A DNA stretch of 64,000 bases, taken from NCBI GenBank assembly GCA_030390025.1, contig CM059432.1, positions 76,510,001 to 76,574,000 of the forward strand, in the 5' to 3' direction. Of the stretch, positions 62,707 to 64,000 are shown in pieces; within the stretch, counting starts at the first letter, position 1, and each line of letters starts with the position of its first letter. Source of the DNA: Squalus acanthias. Taxonomy: Eukaryota. Under the pieces are notes generated by a model. It was not told the origin of the DNA. It saw only the letters and a list, made by a program, of their open reading frames with translations, and searched no databases. The translations under genes were made by a program, and so were the position numbers.

Positions 62707-63994
62707 TAGTGCTCCTATGCAGTGCTCCCCCAGTGGCTGCAGTATGGCTAGTGGAAGGCTGCTGAGTTTCTATGGGGGAGACTTCAGATGGCCTTGCAGG
62801 ATGACCTCAACTAGCTCTGGACCTAGAAGGCTCAGCTGTAGACTGCACCACCTCAGCGGCAGCAGTCTGGGCTGGCTGGCTGACAGGCAGTGGCAAGGGC
62901 AATGGTGGAGTGGCAGTGGTGGGAACAGGAATGCTGTCATCCTGAGAGAGGACAGCAGGGTCCTGCTCCACAGATCCACTGCCACTCCCCCGGGGCGACG
63001 CCTAAGCTTTCCTAGCAATCTGTTGAAGGATAGATTGCTGGTCTGCTGCGACACCCTGCAAGCCCTGTTCGACAGTGGTAAACACAGCTACAATGCAGCA
63101 GACTGAGCTTGTGTGGCAGCAAGCTGAGACAGTAGGACAGCGGTCTACACTTCCACTGCAGCACTGAGACGTTGGGTCGCTTCTGCCTGTGCTGCAATGG
63201 AGGCCGCGACAGCGCCCATCACACGCAGCATCATGGCTGGGTCAACAAGGTCACTCCTGGAGTTGTCCATCATTTCCATCCTGGAAATCATGGGTTCCAA
63301 GCTCTGCGCAAAGCCCCGTCCAATGTTGGAGGCAGACTCCTCCATGCTCCTTGACATTGCGAAGAGGCTGTCTGGCAGGCTTGCCATTGCACCTAGCGAT
63401 TCGGTGTGCATGCTCATCACCCTTCTTCTGAAGACCGCCCTATCGAGGTCCTCATCTGAGTCCTGCGTGCGACCTCGCCCTCTGGGGAGCTGCCCCTGAG
63501 CTACCCTTTCTCCCTGGCTTTACTGTAGCTCACTCATGCCCAGTGCCTCAGCCTGAGCAGATCCCGCATCTACACTGCCCTTTAAAGTACGCGCAGTGCC
63601 AGTTTCTGAGCTCGTGTCTGCGAGTGACAGATGCAGTGACATTGTGTCTTCTTCTCCCCCCTCGCTCTCCTCAATCGCCTCAAGGACAGGCTCTGCTGCT
63701 GCTTGTTCTTGGTTAACTGAAAGCAGAAAGGCACAAGAGTCAGGTTATTGTGAGAGGATGGGGGGGGGGGAGGGGCGCGGGGTGGGGTGGTGAAAGCAAG
63801 ATATCCATGTATACAGCATCAGCAGCTTGTAAGGGAGAAGAGATTGTGGGATGAGGGGGAAGTGGGATGTGAGAAGAAGCATTAGGAATGGGCATACTGT
63901 TGTTGTCCCCAAGGGCTTCAACTTTGCCCTTTCCTACGGCCTCGGTGACTTCCCCTCCAATGATGTCAAGCACTCTCTCCTCCAGTTGGCTCAA
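62707..63994 (-). pseudogene. Downstream exons of the Harbinger Myb-partner gene
   Basis: LSQLEERVLDIIGGEV (exon 2-like, compare 16150-16200 and 53620-53660) and MSRSMEESASN (compare GMEESISN at 16720). Confidence 0.7.
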
Positions 63995-64000
63995 GGCTTG

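Larger units (their letters stand above)
60744..64000 (+). mobile_element. Two-gene Harbinger transposon, runs off the window end
   Basis: Left end GGCCTAGAAATTCC; transposase on +, convergent Myb-partner exons on -. Confidence 0.85.

Overview
Vertebrate non-coding DNA, most likely a cartilaginous fish (inferred from the CR1, Penelope, RTE and Harbinger repeat mix). No host protein-coding exon could be supported. Roughly two thirds of the window is transposable element: several CR1 LINE copies, a second CR1-group LINE family ('family B'), a full-length RTE, two Penelope-like elements (one with a hammerhead ribozyme), about six PIF/Harbinger copies or remnants (transposase and/or Myb/SANT partner gene, all decayed), about five Harbinger-type MITEs, SINEs and a split minisatellite. 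Two TE-poor blocks (about 3.5-14.8 kb and 40.4-43.9 kb) look regulatory. Best candidate for a new system: the family-B LINE at 32588-39186. It starts with a tRNA-derived Pol III promoter, has no ORF1 and no in-frame AUG before its endonuclease, lacks TTTT terminators on its sense strand, and has a matching SINE (49342-49810) made of its own 5' and 3' ends. It may be a Pol III-transcribed autonomous LINE. Other highlights: an 18-fold heptad-coding repeat expansion in a Harbinger Myb protein, MITEs with promoter motifs plus face-to-face splice donors, and a four-layer LINE nest.
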